A stretch of 64,000 nt of DNA from Candidatus Magasanikiibacteriota bacterium (GCA_018650645.1 JABIFP010000020.1:82529-146528), one strand, 5' to 3'; counted from the stretch's first letter, positions 1 through 9,485 are shown. Notes: generated by a model not told the origin, from the letters alone. Program-made: numbers and translations.

Positions 1-274
1 ACATGCCAGATGCACGCGATCCCCAATAGAGAGCTTCTGAATCTAACATGTCTTGATGCAGTGTATATACACTTGCCGCATGTGCATTGGCAACTCCTTC
101 AATCGTTGGCACGAGTGAAATTGATCGCCAAGATTCTGCTCCATCAGTTGAAACAAATACACCAGCTGGACCGCTGGTTTCTAATGAACTGTCTCCGGAA
201 AGAGAGACACACCCTTGCCCAACAAGCAAAAGGGCTGCACCACAAAGGAGTGCTTTGGTATACCGAATGTTCAT
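1..274 (-). CDS. Partial CDS: N-terminal part of a secreted/lipoprotein-like protein (MNIRYTKALLCGAALLLVGQGC...). The gene runs off the window start.
   Basis: Minus-strand frame open from the ATG at 274 to the window edge with no stop. Signal-peptide-like hydrophobic N-terminus with a Cys. The start is 3 nt after the holB stop. It is not in the supplied ORF track because it is incomplete. Confidence 0.45.
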   Translation of the reverse strand, partial: MNIRYTKALLCGAALLLVGQGCVSLSGDSSLETSGPAGVFVSTDGAESWRSISLVPTIEGVANAHAASVYTLHQDMLDSEALYWGSRASGM

Positions 275-276
275 AG

Positions 277-1203
277 CTATGGAAGTGCTAATAATACCTG
301 CTCCACAAGGAGACGAGGATGAATATTTTTTGTAAGTAAACGTTTTGCCTGAATAAGCGAATCAATTACGTGCACAGCCTGCGCAGGAGGAAGGTCACCC
401 TTTCCTTGCAGATCGTCTCTCAGTAGTTCCATCCACACGCTTAGCGTGTCAATCAGGTCTTCTCTTGTTGCGATGTGATCAGTTTTATCTCCGAATAGCG
501 GCTCTACCTGCTTAAACTTTTGGTAAAGTGGCTTACCTTTGAGCGCATGAAACCCTGCAATCAATGCTTTGAAGGATTCATAGGCCTCTGCATCATTAGC
601 ATAGGAATGTGCCAAACCGGCTCTTCCTTTTGCTAAAGCAGCAATATCTTCTTGCTCAGCCTGTGGCAATTTCGCTACTACTGGTAACAAAAGTATATCA
701 TTTTTTGGAACAAACCCAAAATGTATTTGCTGACAACGACTTAATATTGTTTTGGGGAGTGCAGCCTCATCATGCGTAACTAACATAATGCACGTTTGCT
801 TTCCTGGCTCCTCTAATGTTTTAAGCAAAGCATTCGCCGCTTGGGTGTTCATGAGATGTGCATTATCAATAATGGCAACTTTATACCCACCCATTGCAGA
901 AAATTGTGTTAATCGATGTTTCAGTTCTCTGAGTTGATCTACATCGATATGTTTTTTTGTCTTATTCGTTTTTTTATCTTTTTGTCTATGAACAAGCATG
1001 ACATCAGGATGTGTCATGAGCTGTTTTGGCGTGCAAGAAAGTAACTCAGCTGCAAATTGATATGCCACGTGCCTTTTTCCTACATGCTCTGGCCCAACAA
1101 AACAATAGGCATGAAACACAGTATTCTGCTCCTGCACAGTTTGAAAAAATTCTTGTTGCTTGTGATGTCCAACGATGTTCTTCATAGATGAGTAGTGTAA
1201 CAT
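277..1203 (-). CDS. holB: DNA polymerase III delta-prime subunit (clamp-loader AAA+)
   Basis: P-loop VGPEHVGKRH, and the SRC motif (TILSRCQ) characteristic of delta-prime/clamp-loader subunits; ~300 aa. Confidence 0.7.
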   Translation of the reverse strand: MLHYSSMKNIVGHHKQQEFFQTVQEQNTVFHAYCFVGPEHVGKRHVAYQFAAELLSCTPKQLMTHPDVMLVHRQKDKKTNKTKKHIDVDQLRELKHRLTQFSAMGGYKVAIIDNAHLMNTQAANALLKTLEEPGKQTCIMLVTHDEAALPKTILSRCQQIHFGFVPKNDILLLPVVAKLPQAEQEDIAALAKGRAGLAHSYANDAEAYESFKALIAGFHALKGKPLYQKFKQVEPLFGDKTDHIATREDLIDTLSVWMELLRDDLQGKGDLPPAQAVHVIDSLIQAKRLLTKNIHPRLLVEQVLLALP

Positions 1204-1436
1204 AGGTGTAATTTGTTGACAAAAGACCCCAAAAGAATTACATTGGCAGCAACATATGCGAGGGGCATGTGTTCATGAGGAGCCTTCACAATGATGACCC
1301 GATTCTCTTTCACTGAGCTTACTGATTCGAATACTCCGGTTTTTTGTACCGTGACAGTTGATGGAACCCATAAGAGGTTGCCTCGGATTCCAATCAGCTC
1401 GCCGTGCACGTGGCAGGTAAGCATCTTTTCAGACAT
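1182..1436 (-). pseudogene. Possible C-terminal remnant of a YfcE/MJ0936-type metallophosphoesterase (truncated)
   Basis: CHVHGE...NLLWVPST resembles the GHTH...NPGS C-terminal motifs of Calcineurin-like phosphoesterases. No N-terminal half exists upstream, where the G+C-rich island begins. It overlaps the holB start. Confidence 0.3.
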
Positions 1437-1652
1437 GGGTAGCTATAGGAATGCGGTACTCACGGAGCGCGCGGATGGAAGCCTCCAACTCGCTGCTGCT
1501 AATGACGCCAGCATATGTGTAGTGTTTCCAAGAGTCACTCGCGACTCTTGTTTAAGTCATCTGCCAATCACCGTCATCGAGGGCATACCGATCGATCCGG
1601 AGGCAGGAGGATTCTAACCACGCCGGCCTCAGCGCCGGCGTTCACTTTTTTT
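1437..1652 (+). ncRNA. G+C-rich ~200-nt non-coding island, a candidate small RNA of unknown family
   Basis: Abrupt rise in G+C against AT-rich flanks. No codon-position bias. Several hairpins (GAGTC-ACTCGC-GACTC; CGATCGATCCGG palindromes). It ends in an 8-bp GC stem followed by a T-run on the plus strand. Confidence 0.3.
1619..1652 (+). terminator. Intrinsic terminator (ACGCCGGC-CTCAGC-GCCGGCGT followed by TCACTTTTTTT)
   Basis: Perfect 8-bp GC-rich stem plus a T7 tract on the plus strand. The T-run overlaps the KK codons at the end of the minus-strand GT4 gene. Confidence 0.5.
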
Positions 1653-2715
1653 GAAAAATATTTGCATATTCCTTTGCCGCCTTCTTCCAACTGAAATCCT
1701 TCAACCGATCAGCCCCTTTTGTAGTAAGTGCTTCTCGTTCTTTCGAAACCTGCTCCATTGCTGCTGCTATTGCTGTAATATTAGTCGGATTAACAAGAAG
1801 GGCAGCATCTCCAGCAACTTCTGCTGTTGAGGTAGTACTACTCGTAATCACCGGCGTCTTGGCAGCAAACGCCTCTAAAATGGGCATACCAAAGCCTTCA
1901 TACAAACTTGGATATACAAATGCCTCAGCATGCTGCATAAGAGCATACGCTTTCTGCTGTGGAATGTACCCAAGCATATGAATACGTTTTTTTACGTCGC
2001 TTTTCGTTATTGCTTGCACGACCTCATCATATCCGTATCCGGGTTTTCCTGCCAAAACAAGACTCACATCGACATGATTCTTTGCGTACAATTCAAATGC
2101 CTTTACTATGCCAATGGTATTTTTTTTATGTTCAATTCTAGAAATCGATAAGAAATATGTTCCATAGCTTGAGGGTTTTGGTTTTTCTTTTGCATACCCC
2201 GTATCATACCCATGTCCAATGACATGCATTGCCGCGGCTCCTTCGCCAAATACATCAAGGATTTCCTGTTTAGTATATTCTGTTGGTACCACTACATCAC
2301 TCACCTTTCTCATTGCTCGTTTTGCAGAAAAAATGCTGTACCAGCGCTCAAATGCTGAATATACCTCGGGAAAACGAACCCCTGCAATATCATGAATAGT
2401 TACCACTGTTTTTTTGGGATGAATGCACGGTGCAACATGTGCAGGTATGAACAAAACGTCAGGCCTATCAACAAGCATCTGCATACTCAGCCGCAGCTGT
2501 GTCCACAACCGTTTTGGTGGCCAACGGAGCATTTTTACCTCCCAGTTTTTTGGAAGCTGCGCCAATGATCCTTGCAAGGGTGCATCTGTATACAAAATAA
2601 CGCGCACCGATGAATCGATGAGCGATTTTAACTGCTCTATAATGTGAAATGCATACCACTCCACGCCCGTCTTTTGTGCTTTGTTGGCGCGGGAAGCATC
2701 AATTGCGATAATCAT
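1642..2715 (-). CDS. Glycosyltransferase family 4 (GT-B, retaining)
   Basis: EGFGMPILEAFAAKTPVITS C-terminal GT1/GT4 signature; ~357 aa. Confidence 0.8.
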   Translation of the reverse strand: MIIAIDASRANKAQKTGVEWYAFHIIEQLKSLIDSSVRVILYTDAPLQGSLAQLPKNWEVKMLRWPPKRLWTQLRLSMQMLVDRPDVLFIPAHVAPCIHPKKTVVTIHDIAGVRFPEVYSAFERWYSIFSAKRAMRKVSDVVVPTEYTKQEILDVFGEGAAAMHVIGHGYDTGYAKEKPKPSSYGTYFLSISRIEHKKNTIGIVKAFELYAKNHVDVSLVLAGKPGYGYDEVVQAITKSDVKKRIHMLGYIPQQKAYALMQHAEAFVYPSLYEGFGMPILEAFAAKTPVITSSTTSTAEVAGDAALLVNPTNITAIAAAMEQVSKEREALTTKGADRLKDFSWKKAAKEYANIFQKK

Positions 2716-2716
2716 A

Positions 2717-3730
2717 TTACCGCTGTGAGCTCAAACTGCGCTTATAATTTTCCAAATTTTCTAAGGCGAGACCTGTTCCTTTTGCAACACAGAGCAGCGG
2801 TTCATCTGCAACATAGCAGGCTACCCCAGTCGCTTGAGAAATAAGTTCATCTAAATTTCTGAGCTGACTAGATCCCCCACTCATAATAATTCCTTTATCC
2901 ATGACGTCAGCAGAAAGTTCTGGCGGTGTGTCGTGGAGTACTTTCTTTACCGCATCAATAAGTCCTTCCAAATCGAGTTGCAAGGCTTCGGTAGTATCGT
3001 CACTGCTTACTTCAATAGTCCGCGGTAATCCAGATATCATATCGCGTCCTTTCACTTCCATTTTGAGCGGCTCTTGCATATACATGGCTGAACCTACCTG
3101 AATTTTCACTTCTTCCGCAGACCGGTCTCCAATAGCAAGACCATGTTTTCGTCTGATATGTTCTGCAATTGAGGCATCAAATCGCGTTCCTCCAATTCGG
3201 ACAGATCCACAAGAGACGATTCCACCCAAAGAGATAACCGCAATTTCGCTGGTTCCTCCACCAATATCAATAATCATGTGGCCAGAAGGGCTTCCAATAG
3301 GAATATCTGCTCCAATAGCTGCCACAATCGGTTCTTTAATAATGTATGCTTCGCGCGCACCAGCGGCAAGCGCCGCATCAATTACCGCACGACGTTCTGT
3401 TGAGGTAATTCCAGCAGGAACAGCAATCATCACTTCTGGACGGAACAATCTCACTCCCCCAATCGCTTTGTTGATAAAATAGCGAAGCATGGCTTCTGTT
3501 GTTCTGTAATTTGCTATCACTCCATCTTTCAGTGGCCGCTCGGCAACAATCGTATCTGGAGTCCGTCCAATCATTTCTTTGGCTTCAATACCAACGGCAA
3601 GCACTTTATTATCTGTTGTAGAAACAGCAACCACTGACGGCTCATTAATAACAATACCGCGCTTTGGTACATGTACCAGCACGTTTGTTGTTCCAAGATC
3701 AATTGCTACTTTTTTAATCCACATGCTCAT
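2717..3730 (-). CDS. mreB: Rod-shape-determining actin homolog MreB
   Basis: DLGTTNVLVHV phosphate-1 motif, IDIGGGTSEIAVISLGG, ~337 aa, typical MreB N-terminus MxxxxxxxIAIDLGT. Confidence 0.9.
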   Translation of the reverse strand: MSMWIKKVAIDLGTTNVLVHVPKRGIVINEPSVVAVSTTDNKVLAVGIEAKEMIGRTPDTIVAERPLKDGVIANYRTTEAMLRYFINKAIGGVRLFRPEVMIAVPAGITSTERRAVIDAALAAGAREAYIIKEPIVAAIGADIPIGSPSGHMIIDIGGGTSEIAVISLGGIVSCGSVRIGGTRFDASIAEHIRRKHGLAIGDRSAEEVKIQVGSAMYMQEPLKMEVKGRDMISGLPRTIEVSSDDTTEALQLDLEGLIDAVKKVLHDTPPELSADVMDKGIIMSGGSSQLRNLDELISQATGVACYVADEPLLCVAKGTGLALENLENYKRSLSSQR

Positions 3731-4083
3731 ACCCGCGGTGATTTGTCTTTTTTGAGCAGGCTATTAGTAAATGTTGCAACGATTGTCATGATGAGTGAGG
3801 CAAAAAGTGCTGGAACGAATCCATCAACCTCAAACCCTTTTACAATGGTAGAACCAAACCAAAAGAGCAGTGCATTCACCACAAAGGTAAATAATCCTAA
3901 AGTTAAAATAGTGATTGGCAACGTGAAAAATTTCACAATTGGCCCAATAATGGCATTAATAAGTGCAAGAATAGCTGCTGCTACTAATGCTGCATATGCA
4001 CCAGAAATAGAAACGCCACTTAACCACAATCCAATACCATATAATGTCAGAGCGCTGATGGCCCATTTGATGATCAATTTCAT
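3727..4083 (-). CDS. Small 4-TM membrane protein (DUF360 / phage-holin-4-like family)
   Basis: Four hydrophobic segments in 118 aa, ending KKDKSPRV; 4-bp overlap with mreB. Confidence 0.5.
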   Translation of the reverse strand: MKLIIKWAISALTLYGIGLWLSGVSISGAYAALVAAAILALINAIIGPIVKFFTLPITILTLGLFTFVVNALLFWFGSTIVKGFEVDGFVPALFASLIMTIVATFTNSLLKKDKSPRV

Positions 4084-4098
4084 ATATTTTTTGTTACT

Positions 4099-4956
4099 CT
4101 ATGGTAATACGATACTCCGTTTGGCTGTTTTAATCAACCCATCCTTCTCTAAGATGAGCAAGATCTTTACCACTCTAGCCTTTGGAATTTGGCTAAATCT
4201 AGTGATAATTGACTGCTTGCTCACTTTTTTTTGTTCACGAAGCATATCAATAATACGCCCTCTGAAATATCGGTCTGTCTGCTTGAATGGAATGGTCTTT
4301 TTTTTCTTCTTTATGGGAGGAATATAGGTCAAAATTGCTGGAGTTGCCCGGCAATAGCGCTTCAATGGACACGATTCGCATTTGGGATTTCTTGAGGTAC
4401 AAAACTGTGATCCAATATCCATGAGTGCCTGATTCCAGTTATACGCGCTACGCTTTGGGAACATTTCTTCTGCTTTCTTTAACAATACATCATCTTTTTG
4501 TGAATCAACACCAAAATATACTCTATTATATATGCGCCGATGATTTGTATCCATCATGGGCACTTGTTTTTTGAATGCAAAACTCATGACAGCACGCGCG
4601 GTGTAATCACCAATGCCAGGCAATGCTTTTAGCGATTCTAGATCTGAAGGGAATATTCCTCCATGCTGCTCTATCACTGCTTGCGCTGCTTTTTGTAAGA
4701 ATAAGGCTCGTCTGTTATACCCAAGCCCTTTCCACACAGTAATAACCGATGCCGTTGATGCATCAGCTAAATCCTGGACCGTAGGAAAAGCACGCAAAAA
4801 TTCGTGATACTTTTCTATCACGCGCGCTACCTGTGTTTGTTGCAGCATAACTTCGCTTACCAAAATATGGTATGGATCATGCGTATGCCGCCACGGTAAA
4901 TCTCGTTTATGTTTTTTGTACCATTGCAGTACAGCGCTTTGCACCTCTTCTTTCAT
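4099..4956 (-). CDS. HhH-GPD base-excision DNA glycosylase with a 4Fe-4S loop (MutY/Nth family, no NUDIX domain)
   Basis: HhH motif LPGIGDYTA with catalytic-region context. CxxxxxxCxxCxxxxxC cluster (CTSRNPKCESCPLKRYC). A C-terminal extension carries a KKKKK run. Confidence 0.7.
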   Translation of the reverse strand: MKEEVQSAVLQWYKKHKRDLPWRHTHDPYHILVSEVMLQQTQVARVIEKYHEFLRAFPTVQDLADASTASVITVWKGLGYNRRALFLQKAAQAVIEQHGGIFPSDLESLKALPGIGDYTARAVMSFAFKKQVPMMDTNHRRIYNRVYFGVDSQKDDVLLKKAEEMFPKRSAYNWNQALMDIGSQFCTSRNPKCESCPLKRYCRATPAILTYIPPIKKKKKTIPFKQTDRYFRGRIIDMLREQKKVSKQSIITRFSQIPKARVVKILLILEKDGLIKTAKRSIVLP

Positions 4957-4965
4957 ACCCCCTGC

Positions 4966-5751
4966 TTAAGACCCAACGACTCTATTTGCTGGCGTCTCTC
5001 CAATAATCTCTACCTCAAATCCAATACCCACATACGGATAAATAAGCGCCGCATCTTTGATTGAAAGATTTACACATCCATGCGAATGCGTTTGAATACC
5101 AAAATCGTTATGCCAATATGTTCCGTGAATATAATACATCCGTTTAAATTCCATATTCCACGGTACATTTTCTAAATCATAATCTACCCCTCGGTATCTT
5201 TTTGAAGCGAGCTTGCGCTCAATATTAAACGTACCGCTTGGTGTTTCTGTCCATGGATTCCCAGTTGAAGCAGCAAGATTCAAAACTTTTACTTCATCTA
5301 CATAAAAAAACAGCCGCTGATTTGTTTTATCTACCACCATTTTTCGCTCATATGCTAATTCTGGTGCGGCATCTGCAGGCGAATAGCCATGCATCACTTC
5401 ATCGAAATCTTCATACCCGTCACCATCAGAATCCGTTTCATTCATACTCGAACCGAACCACACTTCTAACCAATCGTTTAATCCATCACCATCAAGGTCG
5501 TGTTGATGCATTTGCAACTTTGGCGCAAGCGGAGAATACCCCATCTTTACTTCTCCTCCATCGGGAAACGAATCTCCATCCGTATCGCTTATGAGTGGAT
5601 CGGTAAAATATACAAACTCTTCTTGATAATCTGTAAGCCCGTCACTATCCGTATCGACATCACCTGCCAAGGCCGCAATCGGTACTAAAAACAAACACGC
5701 TGCACTCATAAATATGCAGCGCGCCAGGCGTGTAATCGTATAAGAACGCAT
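4966..5751 (-). CDS. Secreted L,D-transpeptidase (YkuD domain) with N-terminal thrombospondin-type-3 Ca-binding repeats
   Basis: Signal peptide. DTDSDGLTD / DTDGDSFPDGGE / DLDGDGLND / DSDGDGYED repeats. C-terminal catalytic HGxxxx...SHGCVNL motif. Confidence 0.7.
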   Translation of the reverse strand: MRSYTITRLARCIFMSAACLFLVPIAALAGDVDTDSDGLTDYQEEFVYFTDPLISDTDGDSFPDGGEVKMGYSPLAPKLQMHQHDLDGDGLNDWLEVWFGSSMNETDSDGDGYEDFDEVMHGYSPADAAPELAYERKMVVDKTNQRLFFYVDEVKVLNLAASTGNPWTETPSGTFNIERKLASKRYRGVDYDLENVPWNMEFKRMYYIHGTYWHNDFGIQTHSHGCVNLSIKDAALIYPYVGIGFEVEIIGETPANRVVGS

Positions 5752-5752
5752 A

Positions 5753-7213
5753 TTACATCTCTCGTTTCATTCTATAAAGTCCATAAAATATGAGGAACGT
5801 CACAAATGACCCAAGCGCTGCAAATTGCACGATACGCTTTGTAAGGTCTCCACCAACCGCAAGAGAAAACGATTTTTTGTTTGGCGTAAGCGGTTCATCA
5901 TCTTCTGCATCATTCACTCCATCGTTATCTGTATCTGCAGCGTTTGGATTTGTCCCGTCATCTCGCTCAGATTTGTCGTCCACTCCATCGTCATCAGTAT
6001 CAGCTTTTAATGGATCAGTTCCAATACTTCTTTCTTCTTCATCTAAAATTTCATCATTATCATCATCCGTATCAGCATTGTTTCCCTCCCCATCCAAATC
6101 AGTATCTATAGATTCATCCGGATCTAGCGGAAACGCATCAAGTAAATCATTTACCCCATCTCCATCGGTATCTTCTTTCAATGGATCTGTACCACTTTCA
6201 ATTTCAGCACCATCCATGATGCCGTCGCCATCGGTATCTCCCTTGAGTGGATTTGTCCCGTACTGCGCTTCTTCATTATCTAAAATACCATCGTCATCAG
6301 TATCTTTTTTTGCTGGATCAGTACCCGCTTCTACTTCTTTTGGGTCATCAATCCCATCTCCGTCGGTATCAACCTTGGTAGGATCAGATCCATGCATTTT
6401 TTCTTCATTATCGGTAAGTCCATCTCCATCGGTGTCTGGTTTTAGTGGATCTGAGCCGAGTGCTTTTTCTTCTTCATCACTTAATCCATCATTGTCGTCA
6501 TCTGTGTCGGAATTGTCACCAATACCATCGCCATCAACATCTGCCCATTCTCCACCATTTGTTGGGAACGCATCTTCTTTATCTTTTACCCCGTCTCCAT
6601 CACTATCTGCTCTAGCCGGATTTAAACCATTATCTACTTCATGTTTATCATTTAATCCATCGCCATCGGTATCACTATTCACAGGACTTGAACCTATTTC
6701 ATTCTCTTTTGTATCGCTCAGTCCATCATTATCGTCATCTGTGTCTTCCTTATTTCCAACATTATCGCCGTCTGTATCTAAATCAATATCGAGTTCTTGC
6801 GTAATATCAAATGCTGCGATTTGCTGCTCTGTAATATCAATCTGATTTCCATTGGTATCAAATGCAACAATATTGCTGAGTCCCATTTCAATTTGTTTTT
6901 TTCCTTCTCCTAACGTATACGGAACACCTACTTGCCGTGCTTCTTCAAATGCTAAATCAATAACTCGAGCAGAACCAAGTGTTTTACCATCAACAAAAAA
7001 ATCTACATCAGCGCTAAGGCGCGCAAAATTATTATTCACTACAACTGAATATAGCTTTACATCATCCCCTGCAAATCCATCTGGATCAGAAAGCCAGAAA
7101 CCACCATTTGCAACTAAGGTAAACGCCTCTGCAAGCACCATGGTTGGCACGAGTAATGCAACAAGCACCCCTAAAACAAGTTTGCTACGTCTATTGAATA
7201 TCATAAGAATCAA
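5753..7213 (-). CDS. Cell-surface thrombospondin type-3 repeat (DxDxDG) Ca-binding protein with N-terminal signal peptide and C-terminal TM anchor
   Basis: More than 12 tandem DTDGDG/DTDDDG repeats; signal peptide; C-terminal hydrophobic anchor followed by RMKREM. Confidence 0.7.
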   Translation of the reverse strand: MILMIFNRRSKLVLGVLVALLVPTMVLAEAFTLVANGGFWLSDPDGFAGDDVKLYSVVVNNNFARLSADVDFFVDGKTLGSARVIDLAFEEARQVGVPYTLGEGKKQIEMGLSNIVAFDTNGNQIDITEQQIAAFDITQELDIDLDTDGDNVGNKEDTDDDNDGLSDTKENEIGSSPVNSDTDGDGLNDKHEVDNGLNPARADSDGDGVKDKEDAFPTNGGEWADVDGDGIGDNSDTDDDNDGLSDEEEKALGSDPLKPDTDGDGLTDNEEKMHGSDPTKVDTDGDGIDDPKEVEAGTDPAKKDTDDDGILDNEEAQYGTNPLKGDTDGDGIMDGAEIESGTDPLKEDTDGDGVNDLLDAFPLDPDESIDTDLDGEGNNADTDDDNDEILDEEERSIGTDPLKADTDDDGVDDKSERDDGTNPNAADTDNDGVNDAEDDEPLTPNKKSFSLAVGGDLTKRIVQFAALGSFVTFLIFYGLYRMKREM

Positions 7214-8066
7214 TATCTATTGAGAGAAGTATATCACCCTTTTGTGCAGTCTGCCAAACTGAAGCGCCATTTTTTTTGAGCCTATCTGTTACTGACCTTG
7301 CTGGATGTCCGTACGAATTATCCTTACTTGCAGAAATGATCGCATGTTCCGGAGAGACTGCTTCAAGAAAAGAAGCACCCGATGAGGTCTTACTTCCGTG
7401 GTGTCCTACTTTTAAAATATCAACATCAAGCTTCTCAGCATACGTTTCAACTAAGTATGTTTCTAACGCTGATTCTGCATCACCGGTAAGCAAAACACTG
7501 GTATCACCAACATCTACTCGCATAACAATTGATGTATCGTTACTATCAAACGAAGTACTCCCTGGAACCAGCGGATCGTCTTGCATATTATGATCCGGAT
7601 ACAGTACCTGCAAGCGCGCTTCCCCAAGAATAAATTCTCTCGGCTCCATAATTACCATTTCTTCTGCATATTCCTTCTCAACATACCCTAAAAATGATGT
7701 ATATAGCGTGTTTTGCTTCCCTACTCCTGTGAGAATAATTTGTTCCACATCAAACCCCGCTAATACATCCATACAGCCAGCATAATGATCAGCATCAGGA
7801 TGGGTAATGACCATATACGTAATTGTTCTATCAAACGCTGGCATGACCCGCCCAAGGGCATCAAGCACCTGCGCGCCGCGTGAACAATCTATAAGCATAT
7901 CTTCCCCATTTGTAAACTGCAGGTAGGTTGCATCGCCTTGCCCGACGTCTAAAAATGCGATACGCGTGTTCGCAGAAGAGAATGATTGGAGCTCAGAAGA
8001 AAATATTCCAAGAAGTATAACTATTGCAGCAGTAAGAAGCTGCATGAGTGCATGATTTTTTTTCAT
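7191..8066 (-). CDS. Metallo-beta-lactamase-fold protein (ComEC C-terminal-domain-like) with its own signal/TM segment
   Basis: DVGQGDATYL...HPDADH and HHGSKTS MBL motifs; it sits immediately downstream of the ComEC membrane gene. Confidence 0.7.
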   Translation of the reverse strand: MKKNHALMQLLTAAIVILLGIFSSELQSFSSANTRIAFLDVGQGDATYLQFTNGEDMLIDCSRGAQVLDALGRVMPAFDRTITYMVITHPDADHYAGCMDVLAGFDVEQIILTGVGKQNTLYTSFLGYVEKEYAEEMVIMEPREFILGEARLQVLYPDHNMQDDPLVPGSTSFDSNDTSIVMRVDVGDTSVLLTGDAESALETYLVETYAEKLDVDILKVGHHGSKTSSGASFLEAVSPEHAIISASKDNSYGHPARSVTDRLKKNGASVWQTAQKGDILLSIDIDSYDIQ

Positions 8067-8069
8067 AAG

Positions 8070-9485
8070 TTATTTTAGTATATCACGGCGAATGAGCAAT
8101 CTATATGCATATGCAAGTATGGCGTACATAAGCAGCATTTGCCAAGCAGTAATAGAAACCAATATCTGCGCACCTGCAGCATGTGCAACATAAGTAATAA
8201 CAGCGAATATATATTTCATTAAAAGTAGAGCGAGTGAAGAAAAAAGACTCGCTACAATTCCAAGCGGAAGTAGCGAAATTACACCACACAGCATCACAAA
8301 CGGCACAGCCCAAAGAATAGCAACATTTGCAAAAATGCCAAGCAGCGATACACGCTCAAATGTAAACAGTACATAGGGTGCGGTAATAATTGATGCAGCG
8401 CAAGAAGCAGCTATTACCTGACGCAAGCCTTTTATAGGCAATATTCCTGACAGCTGCTTTTCAAGCGGCGTAGCCACATACACCAGTCCCATAGTTGCCA
8501 ATACTGAAAGAATAAATCCAGCATCATGGAGCAATATATATGGATTGTAGATGCACATGGCTGTAGCCGCATACAATAATATTCTCCCAGCAGACTGCCG
8601 CCTTCCCATAGAAAACGCGTACACTCCCAAAAGCCCCATAATTGCAGCTCTCACAACGCTGGCAGAAGCGCCAACAAATATTGTAAATAAAATAACAGCA
8701 ATGCTGCTCACCCAAATGGCATACTGCCTACGAATGTGCAAAAATGGCGCGATAGAAAAAAATCCCTGTACAATAAGCGTGATGTTATATCCAGATATGG
8801 CAATAATGTGAATCGTTCCAGTGATAATAAACAACTCTTCCGCAGGCCCTAATCCACCTCTATAACCATACAATACGCCAGCCACAAAACTTGCATAGGG
8901 TTCATGCCAGGTAGTCCTGATACGATTGGCAACATAGTACTTTCCCTTTAAAAGTAATCGCTGCCAGCCTGCATGTTCACCAACCTTGCGCATGTCATGC
9001 ACATAGCAACTCCCATGAATTCCCTTAACCAATGCGTATGTATCAAATGCAAAGGTCTCTGAGGCAGCAGGAGTTTTTGCATCACAGCGCAGCTGTATAT
9101 CGTCGCCAAGCATATATGCGGGATACCTCTCTGCATACACCCAAATGCGCTGTGCTGTGCCACTTGGCTGCACCATATACATTGCCCGCTTTCTACGGAT
9201 ATCAGGCTCAGCAATAATTTCTCCTTTCCACATGCCTTCTGGTAGCACCATACTGAGTTCTTGATAGCGCAGAACATATCCTTGAACATGGAAAAAACCA
9301 AGCAAGGCCAAACAAAAACACAGTATGGCCAGCTGTCTATATTTCAGCGCTATTACACCCACAATAGCAATCACCCAAATATACTCATAGATAACGATTC
9401 CGAGCAGAAAACAAAAACAAGCCACAACAACGGACTTGCTTTTTGTTATTACCTGCCGACTACTCCCCAGTAGCGGAAGAGGCAT
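8070..9485 (-). CDS. comEC: ComEC/Rec2-family competence membrane channel protein (DUF4131 + competence domain, no MBL domain)
   Basis: Polytopic membrane protein of 471 aa. The domain order and the adjacency to the separate MBL-domain ORF suggest a split ComEC. Confidence 0.6.
   Translation of the reverse strand: MPLPLLGSSRQVITKSKSVVVACFCFLLGIVIYEYIWVIAIVGVIALKYRQLAILCFCLALLGFFHVQGYVLRYQELSMVLPEGMWKGEIIAEPDIRRKRAMYMVQPSGTAQRIWVYAERYPAYMLGDDIQLRCDAKTPAASETFAFDTYALVKGIHGSCYVHDMRKVGEHAGWQRLLLKGKYYVANRIRTTWHEPYASFVAGVLYGYRGGLGPAEELFIITGTIHIIAISGYNITLIVQGFFSIAPFLHIRRQYAIWVSSIAVILFTIFVGASASVVRAAIMGLLGVYAFSMGRRQSAGRILLYAATAMCIYNPYILLHDAGFILSVLATMGLVYVATPLEKQLSGILPIKGLRQVIAASCAASIITAPYVLFTFERVSLLGIFANVAILWAVPFVMLCGVISLLPLGIVASLFSSLALLLMKYIFAVITYVAHAAGAQILVSITAWQMLLMYAILAYAYRLLIRRDILK

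Noticed and set aside
10-335. Two overlapping plus-strand ORFs (88 and 82 aa) at the window start
   Set aside because: They are antisense to a clean minus-strand frame that is open to the window edge and begins with a signal-peptide-like N-terminus 3 nt after holB. No RBS is present for either.
1437-1652. tmRNA, SRP RNA, RNase P or 6S identity for the G+C-rich island
   Set aside because: I checked by eye for the tmRNA T-arm plus CCA and a tag ORF, for the SRP domain-IV GGAAGCAGCC motif, and for RNase P P4 GGAAAGUCCGG. None is present. I left the island as unassigned.
4250-4330. A8/T8 homopolymer inside the MutY-like gene as a slippage or phase-variation site
   Set aside because: It encodes an in-frame KKKKK within a C-terminal extension; there is no evidence of a frameshift.
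5790-6845. 351-aa Ser-rich plus-strand ORF
   Set aside because: It is antisense to the DxDxDG repeat gene. The repetitive GA/TC-rich DNA keeps the reverse frames open. It has low-complexity poly-Ser composition and no start context.
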